DNA of 64,000 nucleotides from Myxococcota bacterium (GCA_965223415.1 OZ245002.1:4576001-4640000), one strand, 5' to 3'. Shown: positions 40,436-50,087, numbered from the stretch's first letter. Notes: generated by a model not told the origin, from the sequence alone. A program made the numbers and translations.

Positions 40436-40705
40436 CTAGCCCCCGTCGGTCTCGTCGCCGCTCGCACCGGCGGCGGGAGGAGGCGAGGGCGGCTGGGTGG
40501 TCGGGTCCGCCTCCGGCTCCACCTGGATCGTGGCGATGGTCCACCCCACCCAGAAGGTGAGCCCGAGGACAAAGGCCAGCAGGATGCCCACTGGGATCGC
40601 CACCGCCCACCAGGCGCCGTCGATCAAGCCGTTCAGGAACACCAGGCCCAGGACGCCAGCGGCTCCGCAGATCAGGAACCCCTGGGTTCGGGACGAGTCG
40701 GTCAT
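40436..40705 (-). CDS. small two-TM membrane protein
   Basis: GGAGAG RBS; two hydrophobic helices, then a Pro/acidic tail; first gene of the GT4 operon. Confidence 0.75.
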   Translation of the reverse strand: MTDSSRTQGFLICGAAGVLGLVFLNGLIDGAWWAVAIPVGILLAFVLGLTFWVGWTIATIQVEPEADPTTQPPSPPPAAGASGDETDGG

Positions 40706-40716
40706 CGCAGGCTCTC

Positions 40717-40777
40717 CATGGGGGGCATTCCGGTCCGCCCGAGGACATTGGGGGGGGCATTCCGGTTCGCCCGAGGA
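40717..40777 (-). repeat. tandem ~30-nt repeat in the leader of the GT4 operon
   Basis: Plus strand CATGGGGGGCATTCCGGTCCGCCCGAGGA followed by CATTG(n)CATTCCGGTTCGCCCGAGGA; a third core GCATTCCGG at 40928. Confidence 0.75.
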
Positions 40778-41010
40778 GGGAGAGAGCTCGTTCCTGGTGG
40801 GGTCACCAGGTGGGCTCCATGTCACCGGGGCCGCCCCGTCCCGGGCCCGAGGGCCCGATCGGCAGCGCCCCTCTCCCCGACGCCCCTGATGACAGAGGTG
40901 GGTGGGGTGGAGATGCCTCGGGGGCGCGCATTCCGGCGAGGGACGGATCCCTTACACGTCTCCATCAGGAGCGAGCGCGGAATCCCATCGCCCGGGCGAA
41001 CCGGGGGCGG

Positions 41011-41039
41011 AGGATGGACGGTCGGACGCAGCGTGTCAA
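41011..41039 (-). promoter_or_regulatory. sigma-70-type promoter for the GT4/methyltransferase operon
   Basis: Minus strand TTGACA-N17-CATCCT, about 300 nt upstream of ATG 40705. Confidence 0.55.
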
Positions 41040-41119
41040 CGCGCCGCTCCCTAACCTCCCGCCGATGAAGAGCGAATCGCGCTCGTGCAGGTGATCGCGG
41101 CGACTCCGGAGGCGCACCG

Positions 41120-42262
41120 ATGCGGGTGATCGGCCTGATGTCCGGCACCTCGGCGGACGCCGTCGACGCGGCGCTGGTGGCCTGGCCCGAGGGCAAGGAG
41201 GCGCGGCCCTTCGAGCTGCTCGCCTTCTGCGAGCTCCCCCTCGGCGGCGAGCTCCAGGCGCGCATCCACCGGCTGGCGGCGGGCCGGGTGCCCGGCCCCG
41301 AGGCCCTGGCGGAGCTGGCGCGTCTCGACGTGGAGCTGGGGGAGCGCTTCGCCGGAGCCGCCGCCGAGGTGGCCGAACGGGCCGGCGTGCCCCTGGCGGA
41401 GGTGGACGCGATCGCCTCCCACGGCCAGACCGTGGCCCACCACCCGGAGCACCGGGCCACGCTCCAGATCGGCGACCCGTCGGTGATCGCCGAGCGCACC
41501 GGCTGCGCGACGGTGGCGGACTTCCGCACCCGGGACGTGGCGGCCGGCGGGGAGGGCGCGCCCCTGGCCCCCTTCTTCCACTGGGCGGCGATGAGGGACC
41601 CGGCCGAGCACCGGCTCGTGCTCAACCTGGGCGGCATCGCCAACGTCACCTGGCTTCCGGCGGGCGGCGCCGCCGACGAAGTCGTGGCCTTCGACGTGGG
41701 GCCCGCCAACTCGCTGATGGACGGCGTGGTCGCCGCCGCCAGCGGGGGGAGCGAGCGGTTCGACCGGGACGGTGCCGGCGCCGCCCGCGGCCGGGTGGAC
41801 GAGGCGCTGCTGGCGGAGCTGCTCGAGGATCCCTACCTGCGGCGTCCGCCGCCCAAGAGCACCGGCCGCGAGCGCTACGGGCTCGCCGAGGCGGAGGCCC
41901 TGTGGGCGCGGAGCCGGGAGGACGGCCGGAGCCTCGAGGACCTGTTGGCGACCCTGGTCGCGCTGGTCGCGCGCAGCGTGGCCGACGCGGCGGGGCGCCT
42001 GCTCGGTGCGCCCCGCATCGACCGCCTCCTGGTGGGAGGCGGCGGCGCCCGCAATCCCACGCTGATGGCCGCACTCCTCGACCACGGCGCCGCGCCGCGG
42101 GTCGAGCCCTTCGACGTGGTCGGCGTCCCCGCCGCGGCTGCCGAGGCCATGGCCTTCTCGCTCCTGGGACGCAACGCGCGCCTCGGCCTCGTGAACCACC
42201 TGCCCCGCACGACGGGCGCGCGCGGCGCGCGGGTCCTCGGCGAGGTGGTGCCCGGGCGTTGA
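41120..42262 (+). CDS. anmK: anhydro-N-acetylmuramic acid kinase
   Basis: IGLMSGTSADAVD, ASHGQT, DFRTRDVAAGGEGAPL, NLGGIANVT, FDVGPAN, PPKSTGRE. Confidence 0.96.
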   Translation: MRVIGLMSGTSADAVDAALVAWPEGKEARPFELLAFCELPLGGELQARIHRLAAGRVPGPEALAELARLDVELGERFAGAAAEVAERAGVPLAEVDAIASHGQTVAHHPEHRATLQIGDPSVIAERTGCATVADFRTRDVAAGGEGAPLAPFFHWAAMRDPAEHRLVLNLGGIANVTWLPAGGAADEVVAFDVGPANSLMDGVVAAASGGSERFDRDGAGAARGRVDEALLAELLEDPYLRRPPPKSTGRERYGLAEAEALWARSREDGRSLEDLLATLVALVARSVADAAGRLLGAPRIDRLLVGGGGARNPTLMAALLDHGAAPRVEPFDVVGVPAAAAEAMAFSLLGRNARLGLVNHLPRTTGARGARVLGEVVPGR

Positions 42263-42293
42263 GCCGCCGCGCTCCCGGCCAGGCGGTCCGCCG

Positions 42294-43451
42294 TTGAGCC
42301 GCAGCGTCGTCGGATTGGCTCTCCTGCTGATCGGCGTCGACTTCCTCGACGAGCTCTCTTCGGGCATCCCCTTCGTCTCCTCGCCGGACATCCAGGCCGA
42401 CTTCGGGCTCGGCTACGGCCAGGCGGCCGGCTGGCTGCTCACGGCGATGGCCGTGCTCGGCGTGGTGCTGGAGCCGCCGCTCCTGGTCCTCGCCGACCGC
42501 TGGCCGCGGAAGTGGTTCGTGTGCAGCGGGCTCGCGGCCCTGGGCGCGGTCTGTGCGATGGCGGCCTGGGCGCCGAGCTATCCGGTGCTGGTCGCGGCGC
42601 TGCTGCTCTTCGGTCCCGCCAGCGGCGTGGGAGTGAACGCGGCCCAGGCGACGTTGATGGACGCGCACCCGCGCCACCGCGAGCGCATGATGGTGCGCTG
42701 GACCCTGGCCGGCGCGCTCGGCGATCTGGCGACGCCCGGCTTCCTCCTGCTCTGCGGGCTGCTCGGCGGTGGCTGGCGTCTCGGGTTCGCCGCCGTCGGC
42801 GCGCTCCTGATCGGCTACGCGGCGCTGCTCTGGACCCGCGCCTTCCCGCGGCCGGTGCGTGACCCGGACGCACCCGCGCCCGGCGGGATCGCCTCCGTTC
42901 GCGCCGCCCTCCGGGAGCCCCGGCTTCGCGCCTGGGTGGCGGCCGTCCTTGCCTGCGAGCTGATGGACGAGATCCTGGTGGCCTTCGGCGCCCTCTACCT
43001 GCGCGACCACGTGGAGGCCGGCGCCTCCGTCCGGGCGGCGATCCTCACCGCCTTCCTATCCGGCGGCGTCCTCGGGCTCTTCGCCGCCGAGGCCGGGCTC
43101 CGGCGGGCTCGTCCGAAGACCCTGCTGATCGTGTCCACCCTGGCCTGCGTGGGCTGCTACGGCGCCTGGCTCACGGCGACCGCGCCCCTGGCGAGCGGCG
43201 TGCTGATGGCCCTCTCGGGCTTCTTCGCCGCCATGCACTATCCCCTGTGCCAGGCCCAGGCGTACCGGGCGCTTCCGCAGGCCTCCGGCACCGTCAGCGG
43301 CGTGCTGAGCGCGGCCGGGGCGATCATGCTCCCCATCCCCCTGCTGCTCGGTTGGATCGCCGACACCCAGGGGCTCGCCTGGACCCTGGGGCTGCTGCTT
43401 CTCCAGCCGGCGATCGTTCTCGGGGTCGCGTGGCGCGCGGCTAGAGCTTGA
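42294..43451 (+). CDS. MFS transporter
   Basis: About 12 hydrophobic segments; LADRWPRK motif-A-like loop; GWIADTQG. Confidence 0.85.
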   Translation: MSRSVVGLALLLIGVDFLDELSSGIPFVSSPDIQADFGLGYGQAAGWLLTAMAVLGVVLEPPLLVLADRWPRKWFVCSGLAALGAVCAMAAWAPSYPVLVAALLLFGPASGVGVNAAQATLMDAHPRHRERMMVRWTLAGALGDLATPGFLLLCGLLGGGWRLGFAAVGALLIGYAALLWTRAFPRPVRDPDAPAPGGIASVRAALREPRLRAWVAAVLACELMDEILVAFGALYLRDHVEAGASVRAAILTAFLSGGVLGLFAAEAGLRRARPKTLLIVSTLACVGCYGAWLTATAPLASGVLMALSGFFAAMHYPLCQAQAYRALPQASGTVSGVLSAAGAIMLPIPLLLGWIADTQGLAWTLGLLLLQPAIVLGVAWRAARA

Positions 43452-44178
43452 CGACGGTGCCGTCGTCGGCGACGTCGAAGCCCTGGTAATCGGTGAGCGA
43501 GCGCATGTCCTCACCGAGGTGGGTGAGGACGAGGGAGCCGACGTCGAATTCGCGGCGCTGCTCCGCGAGCTCCTCCAGGGAGAGGTGGTACTCGTAGCTC
43601 CGGCCCACCTGGGTGCACTCGCACAGGAACAGGTCGCAGCCGGCCACGTGGGCCGGGAGCTCGTCGAACCAGCCCGTGTCTCCGGAGTAGGCGACCTGGT
43701 GGCCGCCGGCGTCGACGATCAGGCCGTGGGGACAGGAGTCGGGCGAGTGGTGGGTCTCGAAGGTGCGGCAGCGCACCGGCCCGAGCTCCGAGTCGGAGCC
43801 CGGCGGGAGCTCCTGGAAGTGGATCGGGAAGCTCCACCCGTGGTCCTCGATGCCGTGTCCCAGGGCCATGGCCGCCCGTCGCACCCGGCGCTCCACGCTG
43901 GGCGGGCCGGCGATGCGCAGGGGCTTGCGCCGCTCGTCCTGGTACTCCGCTGCCAGCAGGAAGAGGGGGATGCCCCCGAAATGGTCGGCGTGGAAGTGGG
44001 AGACGACGATCACGTCGATCTCGTCGCGGGAGAGGCCCATCGCCGCGAGGCCGGTCCCGGTCGTCTGGCCGCAATCGAGGAGCGCGCCGCCGTTCGGCGC
44101 CCGCACCAGGTAGGCGCTCTGGCGCCGACCGCCCGAGCCGAACGCGTCGCTCGTTCCGATCAGGACGACGTCGGTCAT
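43441..44178 (-). CDS. MBL-fold metallo-hydrolase (RNase Z/AtsA-like)
   Basis: IGTSDAFGSGGR, LLDCG, SHFHADHFGG, YSGDT, LTHL; ATGA overlap. Confidence 0.88.
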   Translation of the reverse strand: MTDVVLIGTSDAFGSGGRRQSAYLVRAPNGGALLDCGQTTGTGLAAMGLSRDEIDVIVVSHFHADHFGGIPLFLLAAEYQDERRKPLRIAGPPSVERRVRRAAMALGHGIEDHGWSFPIHFQELPPGSDSELGPVRCRTFETHHSPDSCPHGLIVDAGGHQVAYSGDTGWFDELPAHVAGCDLFLCECTQVGRSYEYHLSLEELAEQRREFDVGSLVLTHLGEDMRSLTDYQGFDVADDGTVVKL

Positions 44179-45098
44179 GCGGCCGTTCCGCACGGGACGA
44201 AGTCGCCGCCGGCGAAGACCCCGTCCCGGCCGCGAAAGCCCTCGGGCACCCGTTCGCCGTCCCAGACGACGACCCGATCCAGCTCGGCGCTGGCGGGCAC
44301 CCGCGCGTCGGCTCCGAGGATGCGGTCCTTCCCGAGACGCACGCCGCGCCCGGCGGCCCGGGCCGGGACGTCGAGGTAGCGGAGGGCCGGCTCGGCGAAG
44401 TTGGCGGCCAGGTACTCCGCCGGCGTCCCGACCGGAATCCACACGGTCTCGTCCGTGCTGCCGATCTCGGCGCCCACGTCCCCCACCGTCTCGGCCCGGG
44501 GCGCCAGCCACTCGTCCAGGTGGCTGAAGGCCTCGCGCTCGGGCAGGGAGGCGAAGGCGTCCGGGGAGACGACGTTCAGCCAGGTGTAGACGCCGGCGGC
44601 CTGCTCGCCGCCCAGGTCGAAGCGCCGGGCGATCCGACGCAGGCGCCCCTCTCCGTCGATCCCGATCGTCCCGAAGCGCTCCGCCCTCGGGTCGTCCCGG
44701 AGGAGCAGGGTGGCCGCGCGGCCGCTCTGGCGATGGCGCGCCAGCAGGGCGGCCAGGTCCAGGTCCAGGATCATGTCGCCTCCGAGGATGAGACAGGGGT
44801 CGCTCTCCTGAAGGAACTCGACCACGCGCCGGATGGCCCCCCCCGTATGGAGGAGCTCCGGCTCGTGGGAGAAGTGGAGTTCGACGCCGGGCGGACAGGA
44901 CGCCCGACAGGCCTCGCGCAGGGCCGGGGCCAGGTGATGGGTATTGATCACGATCTCGCGCACGCCCACGGAGGCCAGCAGCGCCAGGGGGTAGGCGACC
45001 AAAGGCAGGCCGCGGACCGGCACCGCCGGCTTCGGCAGGAGCCGGGTCAACGGAGCGAGGCGCGTGCCCAGTCCGGCGCCGACGATCATCGCCCTCAC
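44175..45098 (-). CDS. NDP-sugar pyrophosphorylase (MurU-like nucleotidyltransferase)
   Basis: AMIVGAGLGTRLAPLT..LPKP, INTHHL, ELLHTGGAI; coupled to the amgK-like gene. Confidence 0.85.
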   Translation of the reverse strand: MRAMIVGAGLGTRLAPLTRLLPKPAVPVRGLPLVAYPLALLASVGVREIVINTHHLAPALREACRASCPPGVELHFSHEPELLHTGGAIRRVVEFLQESDPCLILGGDMILDLDLAALLARHRQSGRAATLLLRDDPRAERFGTIGIDGEGRLRRIARRFDLGGEQAAGVYTWLNVVSPDAFASLPEREAFSHLDEWLAPRAETVGDVGAEIGSTDETVWIPVGTPAEYLAANFAEPALRYLDVPARAAGRGVRLGKDRILGADARVPASAELDRVVVWDGERVPEGFRGRDGVFAGGDFVPCGTAA

Positions 45099-46183
45099 CG
45101 GGCCTGCTCCGGAAGCGCCCTCACCAGCTCGGCCAGCCGCTCCAGCTCCGGCGCGAGGCCCGCCGTGGCGGAGGCCGCCGCGTGTAGCATGCGGGCAGTG
45201 GCGGCGAGCGCCGCCGGCTCCTCTTCACGCCCCCGGGTCGCGGCAGCGTAGAGAAAGCGCGCGTGGTCCTTGCCCTTGCGCGTCAGGGTGAGCAGGTCGA
45301 AGCGCCGCCGCAGGACGTCCGCCGGGGGCGCATCGGGCAGGGCGGGGCCCACCCGGGCGAGCAGGGCGTCGAGCTCCGCGTCGGGGGTCGGCCGGTAGGA
45401 ATCGCGCAGCAGGCACACGAGGTCGTACTCGGGTGGCGCCAGGAACGCACCCTGGAGATCGATCCAGACGATCCGCGTCTCCGGCTCGAGATCGGCGAGC
45501 AGCAGGTTGCGGCTCTGCAGGTCCCGGTGGGCCAGCCGCTCCGGTGCCTCGGCGCAGACACCGGCGATCCACGCGAAGGCCTCGCGAACGGCGCCGATCT
45601 CGCTCGCCCTAGCCGAGCGGCCGAGCGCCTGGGGCAGGCTCCACGCGGCGAAGAGCTCCGCCTTGTAGCGGAACAGCGGCGCGTCCAGGTGACGCTCGAA
45701 GGCGGCCACCGCCGGGTCGCGGGGCACCTGCTGCAGGCGGGGGATCGTGTCGACGATGCGGCGCAGCCAGCCCGCGCAGCGCTCCGGCGCCAGACGCGCG
45801 GCGCGCTCGAGGGTGAGGTCGCCCGCGTCCTCCAGCAGCTCGATGCCGGCCTGCGCATCGCCGCCGAAGCGGCGCGGCACGGGAAGCCCGTGACCCTCGA
45901 GGTGGGTGCGCAGAGGCTCGAGGGGCGGCTCCGGCGGCACACCGGCCGGGCGCCCGGCGGGATCCTCCGGTGCATCGACCCGCGCGATCACGCGATGGGG
46001 TGCGGCCGCGAAGTGCAGCCGGTAGAAGTGGCGCAGGCCGAGGCCGGCGGGGATCCGCTCGACGCTGGTCGGCACCTTCCCCAAGACCGCTGCGGCGAGG
46101 GCCTCGACCTCCGCCGGGGCGCGCGACGTCGTCAACGCCGGCTTCCGGCGCGAGGGCGAAGCGGTCTGTGCTGCAGCCGACAT
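45095..46183 (-). CDS. aminoglycoside-phosphotransferase-family kinase (AmgK-like)
   Basis: GLGLRHFYRL, LLEDAGD, AHRDLQSRNLL, IDLQGA...YDLVCLLRDSY; GGAG RBS. Confidence 0.85.
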   Translation of the reverse strand: MSAAAQTASPSRRKPALTTSRAPAEVEALAAAVLGKVPTSVERIPAGLGLRHFYRLHFAAAPHRVIARVDAPEDPAGRPAGVPPEPPLEPLRTHLEGHGLPVPRRFGGDAQAGIELLEDAGDLTLERAARLAPERCAGWLRRIVDTIPRLQQVPRDPAVAAFERHLDAPLFRYKAELFAAWSLPQALGRSARASEIGAVREAFAWIAGVCAEAPERLAHRDLQSRNLLLADLEPETRIVWIDLQGAFLAPPEYDLVCLLRDSYRPTPDAELDALLARVGPALPDAPPADVLRRRFDLLTLTRKGKDHARFLYAAATRGREEEPAALAATARMLHAAASATAGLAPELERLAELVRALPEQAR

Positions 46184-46252
46184 CTCCAACTCTCCGCCGC
46201 GCGCGAGTACAGCCATGCGCCCGCGGTCGGCCCTCCCCGCATCGGCCGTCGA

Positions 46253-47575
46253 TCAGCCGAAGAAGAGATGGCAAGCCGCCACGGCACCGACGAACCCCGC
46301 AAAGTCTCCCGCCAGGCACGCCGGTAGGATGTGACGCGCGTCACCGATTCGTGCGGCGCCGAGATACACCGCCAACACGTAGAACGTGGTCTCGGTCGAG
46401 CCCATCAACGTGCTGGAAAGCAGCCCGGTGAACGAGTCGGCGCCGTGGGCCTGGAGGATCTCCGCCATCACACCGAAGGAGCCGGAGCCCGAGAGCGGAC
46501 GCAGCAGCGCCATCGGCAACGAAGCGGCGGGCACGCCGACGGCGGAGGTGAGAGGCTCGAGGGCGCCGATCAGGATGTCGAGGGCGCCGGAGCCCCGGAA
46601 CATGGCGATCGCCACGAGGATCGCCACGAGGTAGGGCGCGATGCGCACCGCCACGTCGAGGCCTTCGCGGCCGGCGTCCACCAGCACGTCGTACACGCGC
46701 ACCCGCCCGGCCACGCCGACCAGGACCAGGCCGGCGATCAGCAGCGGCAGCATCCAGTGCACGATGAACTCGTCGCGCACGAAACCCCAGCCGCCGACCT
46801 CGGGGACGCGCTCGTCGAGCCGGTAGAGGAGGCCCACCAGCAGGGCGAGGGCGAAGCCCGCCAGCACCGCGGCACGCCCGCGATCCATCGGCTCCCGGGG
46901 CGCGTCCACGTCCGGCAGCTCGACCTCGGGCAGGCCCTCCTCGTCGGGAGCCTCCATCTCGTCGTCCGCGTCCCCGGTGGGCGGGCGCGGACGGAAGATC
47001 CGCAGCCGTTGGAGCATCAGGCAGGTCGAGACCGCCACGGTCGTGGAGCACAGGGTGGCGATGAGGGTCGGGACCCAGATGGCGAAGGGCATCGCCGAGC
47101 CCGCCTCCACCCGCGCGAACACGGTGCCCGTGGGAGGGAACAGCACGATCGAGGAGGTGTTGATGGCCAGGAAGAGGGCCATCGTGTTGGTGGCAGAGCC
47201 GCGGATCGGGTTGAGCTTGTTCAGCTCGAGCATGGCCTTGATGCCAAAGGGCGTCGCGGCGTTCCCCAGCCCGAGGATGTTCGCGGCGAAGTTCATGATC
47301 ATCGCGCCCATGGCCGGATGGTCCGCCGGGACCTCGGGGAACAGGCGGCGCAGGATCGGGCGCAGCGCGCGGACCACCCAACGCAGCATGCCGCCGTCCG
47401 CCGCCACCCGGACCAGTCCGAGGAACAGGATCATCCCGCCGGTCAGGGTGATGACGAGCTCGATCGCGCTCTTCGCTGCCAGGAGGGCGCCGTTCGAGAC
47501 GTCCTCCATCCGGCCGGTGAACGCCGCCACGATGACGGAGAGGAGCACGAGGCCGATCCAGATGGCATTGAGCAC
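46253..47575 (-). CDS. spmAB: fused SpmA/SpmB (nucleoside-recognition Gate domain) membrane protein
   Basis: MNFAANILGLGNAATPFGIKAM (SpmA); ALLRPLSGSG...GSTETTFYVLAVY (SpmB). Confidence 0.9.
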   Translation of the reverse strand: MLNAIWIGLVLLSVIVAAFTGRMEDVSNGALLAAKSAIELVITLTGGMILFLGLVRVAADGGMLRWVVRALRPILRRLFPEVPADHPAMGAMIMNFAANILGLGNAATPFGIKAMLELNKLNPIRGSATNTMALFLAINTSSIVLFPPTGTVFARVEAGSAMPFAIWVPTLIATLCSTTVAVSTCLMLQRLRIFRPRPPTGDADDEMEAPDEEGLPEVELPDVDAPREPMDRGRAAVLAGFALALLVGLLYRLDERVPEVGGWGFVRDEFIVHWMLPLLIAGLVLVGVAGRVRVYDVLVDAGREGLDVAVRIAPYLVAILVAIAMFRGSGALDILIGALEPLTSAVGVPAASLPMALLRPLSGSGSFGVMAEILQAHGADSFTGLLSSTLMGSTETTFYVLAVYLGAARIGDARHILPACLAGDFAGFVGAVAACHLFFG

Positions 47576-47727
47576 CGCGCATCCCCCATCGGCGCCGCAT
47601 CGCCTGCCGCGCGGTTCGCCATCGGCGCAGGCCATGAGACAAGCGGTCGGGGGCCCGGGGTGCAAGCGCCGAGGCCCCGAGGCAGGGCGCATTGCCGGTG
47701 GCCCTGCCCGCGGATAGGTTCGGCGAC

Positions 47728-49158
47728 GTGCGCGGAAGAGGCCTGGCCGCCAAGCTGCTGCTCGGGTTGTCGGGCCTGCTCGGGCTCGTCGCGCCCGCGG
47801 GCGCCGATCCGGCGGAGGCCCTGTCCCGGGCCCTGACGGCGCGGGGGCTGGCTGGCGCGCGCCTCTCCGTGCTGGTCGTGGACCGGGGCGACGGGGAGGT
47901 CCTGTTCGCCCGCCATCCCGAGCGGGCGCTGGTGCCCGCCTCCAATCAGAAGCTCCTCACGGCAGCCGCCGCGCTGGCCGCCTGGGGCCCGGCCCACCGG
48001 TTCGAGACCGAGGTCCGCGCGCCGGCAGCGGTGAGCCCGGACGGCGAGCTCAGCGGGCTCCACGTGCGCGCCGGCGGCGATCCGGCGATGACCTCCGAGC
48101 AGTGGTGGCGGCTGGCGGCGGACCTGCGGGCGCTCGGGGTGGAGCGGATCCACGGCCCGTTGGTGGTGGACGACCACGCCTTCGACGACGAGCGCTGGCA
48201 TCCGAGCTGGCAGCCCATCACCGCCCGGGCCTACCACGCACCGGTCGGCGCGCTGTCGGCGAACTACGGCGCCTTCCGGGTGCGCGCTGCCCCGGGGGCG
48301 GGGCAGGGGCAGCCTGCCCGGGTCACGATCGATCCGCCGGTGCCCTACCTGCAGCTGCGAAGCCAGGCCCGGACGGGCCCGCCGGGCGGCCGTGCCGCGC
48401 TCACCGTGGACCGGGTTGCGCTCGGCGGCGCCGAGCAGGTGCGGGTCTCCGGCACCCTCCCCGCCGGAGGGGAGGCGGTGGACCTCTACCGCTCCGTCGC
48501 CCACCCGACCCGCTATGCGGCCGCCGTGCTGCGCCAGCAGCTGGCGGCCAACGGCATCGACCTGATGGGCCCGACCCGGCGCGGTCCGGCGCCCACGGAC
48601 GGACAGCCGCTCTTCACCTTCGAGGGCTTCGAGCTGGCGCGCATCGTCCAGCTGTTCGTGAAGAACAGCAACAACATGATCGGCGAGGCGCTGGTGAAGG
48701 CCCTGGGCCGCAGCGAAGGCGGAGAGCCCGGGAGCTGGCCTCGGGGCCTCGCCGCCATGCGCGCCGAGCTGGTCTCCCTGGGCGTGGACCTGGACGGCGT
48801 CCGCATGGCGGACGGCTCGGGGCTCTCCCGCGACAACCGGGTGTCGGCCCGCGTGCTCGTGGACGTGGTGCGGGCGGCGGACGCCCGCTTCGAGCTGGCC
48901 CCGGACCTGCTGGCCGCGCTCCCGATCGCCGGCCGGGACGGCACCCTGGAGAAGCGTGCCGCCGCCGTGCGGGATCGGGTACGGGCCAAGACCGGCCTCC
49001 TCACCGGGGTCACCGGCCTCACCGGCATCGCCCGCACCGCCGCCGGCCGAGACGTGGTCTTCTCGATCCTGGCGAACGGCTACGGCCGCGGCGACCGGGC
49101 GGCCATGGACGCCGTCGACGACTTCGTGGCCGCGCTGGTGGCGACCCGCTGGCCGTGA
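47728..49158 (+). CDS. dacB: D-Ala-D-Ala carboxypeptidase/endopeptidase PBP4 (peptidase S13)
   Basis: Signal peptide; PASNQKLLT (SxxK), KNSNN (SxN), DGSGLSRDN, AKTG. Confidence 0.94.
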   Translation: MRGRGLAAKLLLGLSGLLGLVAPAGADPAEALSRALTARGLAGARLSVLVVDRGDGEVLFARHPERALVPASNQKLLTAAAALAAWGPAHRFETEVRAPAAVSPDGELSGLHVRAGGDPAMTSEQWWRLAADLRALGVERIHGPLVVDDHAFDDERWHPSWQPITARAYHAPVGALSANYGAFRVRAAPGAGQGQPARVTIDPPVPYLQLRSQARTGPPGGRAALTVDRVALGGAEQVRVSGTLPAGGEAVDLYRSVAHPTRYAAAVLRQQLAANGIDLMGPTRRGPAPTDGQPLFTFEGFELARIVQLFVKNSNNMIGEALVKALGRSEGGEPGSWPRGLAAMRAELVSLGVDLDGVRMADGSGLSRDNRVSARVLVDVVRAADARFELAPDLLAALPIAGRDGTLEKRAAAVRDRVRAKTGLLTGVTGLTGIARTAAGRDVVFSILANGYGRGDRAAMDAVDDFVAALVATRWP

Positions 49159-49170
49159 GCCGGGAGACCT

Positions 49171-49500
49171 CTACCCCAGGGGCGAGAGGCCGAGCTCGTA
49201 GAGCGCGCCCAGGTTGTTGTGGACGGCGTAGGCCGTGCTCGCGATGACCACGGCCAGGAAGAGCACCTTCAGCTCTTCAGGTACCAGTCGCGTCCTTACC
49301 AGGAAGAGCATGCCGAGCAGGGTGACGGCGCTGTCGATCCAGAGGCCCGGCGCCAGCCCGATCGCCTCGAAGAGCCAGCGGGAGATGGGGTTCGCCTCGG
49401 TCACCGTCCAGCCCGCCACGGGCCGGTCCAGGCAGAGGAAGGTGGTCCAGTGGTCGGCCGCCGATACCAGCAACACCAGGAACGCGAGCGTGACGACCAT
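49171..49500 (-). CDS. small membrane protein (DUF5658-like)
   Basis: AADHWTT...EANP motif with three hydrophobic segments. Confidence 0.7.
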   Translation of the reverse strand: MVVTLAFLVLLVSAADHWTTFLCLDRPVAGWTVTEANPISRWLFEAIGLAPGLWIDSAVTLLGMLFLVRTRLVPEELKVLFLAVVIASTAYAVHNNLGALYELGLSPLG

Positions 49501-49674
49501 GGCGCCACACGGTTCAAGTTCCGTGCCCCCGGGCGTCTCGAAAGCGAGCTCGTGTGAACGAACGCGGGGTTCGGCGGCCGGTTGCCGGTGGGAGAGGGTG
49601 CGCAGCCAGCTGCGGCTCCCTTGGCGGAGGGAAGTGGATTGCCCACGAATCCCCGCCGCGGCGTCTCCGGGCCC

Positions 49675-49914
49675 TCAGCGCCCTCGGCGCATGCGTCCCT
49701 TGCCGAGCAGGAGCCAGTCGATCGAGACGTTCTCCTTCAGGGCGAGCTGGATCAGGAAATCCGTGTGAGGGGTCGTTCCGCTCTCGTAGCGGTTCACGTT
49801 CTGCTGGAAGACGCCGAGTTCTCGCGCGAACTGCCGCTGGGAGCGCTCGCCTCGTACCTGGGAGAGGCGCTCGGGCAGCTTCTTCTTCGCACGATCCACC
49901 GACGTCTTCGACAT
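49675..49914 (-). CDS. XRE-family HTH transcriptional regulator
   Basis: ERLSQVRGERSQRQFARELGVFQQNVNRYESG...VSIDWLLLGKG; GAGGAG upstream; TTGCAG-N18-TAGAAT on the minus strand at 50015-50044. Confidence 0.85.
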   Translation of the reverse strand: MSKTSVDRAKKKLPERLSQVRGERSQRQFARELGVFQQNVNRYESGTTPHTDFLIQLALKENVSIDWLLLGKGRMRRGR

Positions 49915-50087
49915 CCCCGTTCTCCTCGGTTCAGCGTTCGAAACCGCTCTGCGGCGGTGCTCCGCGACGGCCGGACCGCGCGTCACCGTACGGTGTCGTT
50001 CGCAGAGCGCGCGCATTCTAGGCGAGCCCTTCGGCTTGCTGCAATTCCGAAGTTGTGCTTCCCGCCCCCTCGCGCGAACTTTTTTCG

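Noticed and set aside
40886..40990. Hammerhead ribozyme (CTGATGA present)
   Set aside because: No downstream GAAA core or compatible stem II/III arrangement.
41036..41068. sigma-28 promoter for anmK (TCAA...GCCGATGA)
   Set aside because: The spacer is 21 nt; the TCAA is better explained as part of a minus-strand TTGACA.
49675..49914. XRE regulator as a prophage repressor remnant
   Set aside because: No phage genes nearby; flanked by housekeeping genes with normal codon usage.
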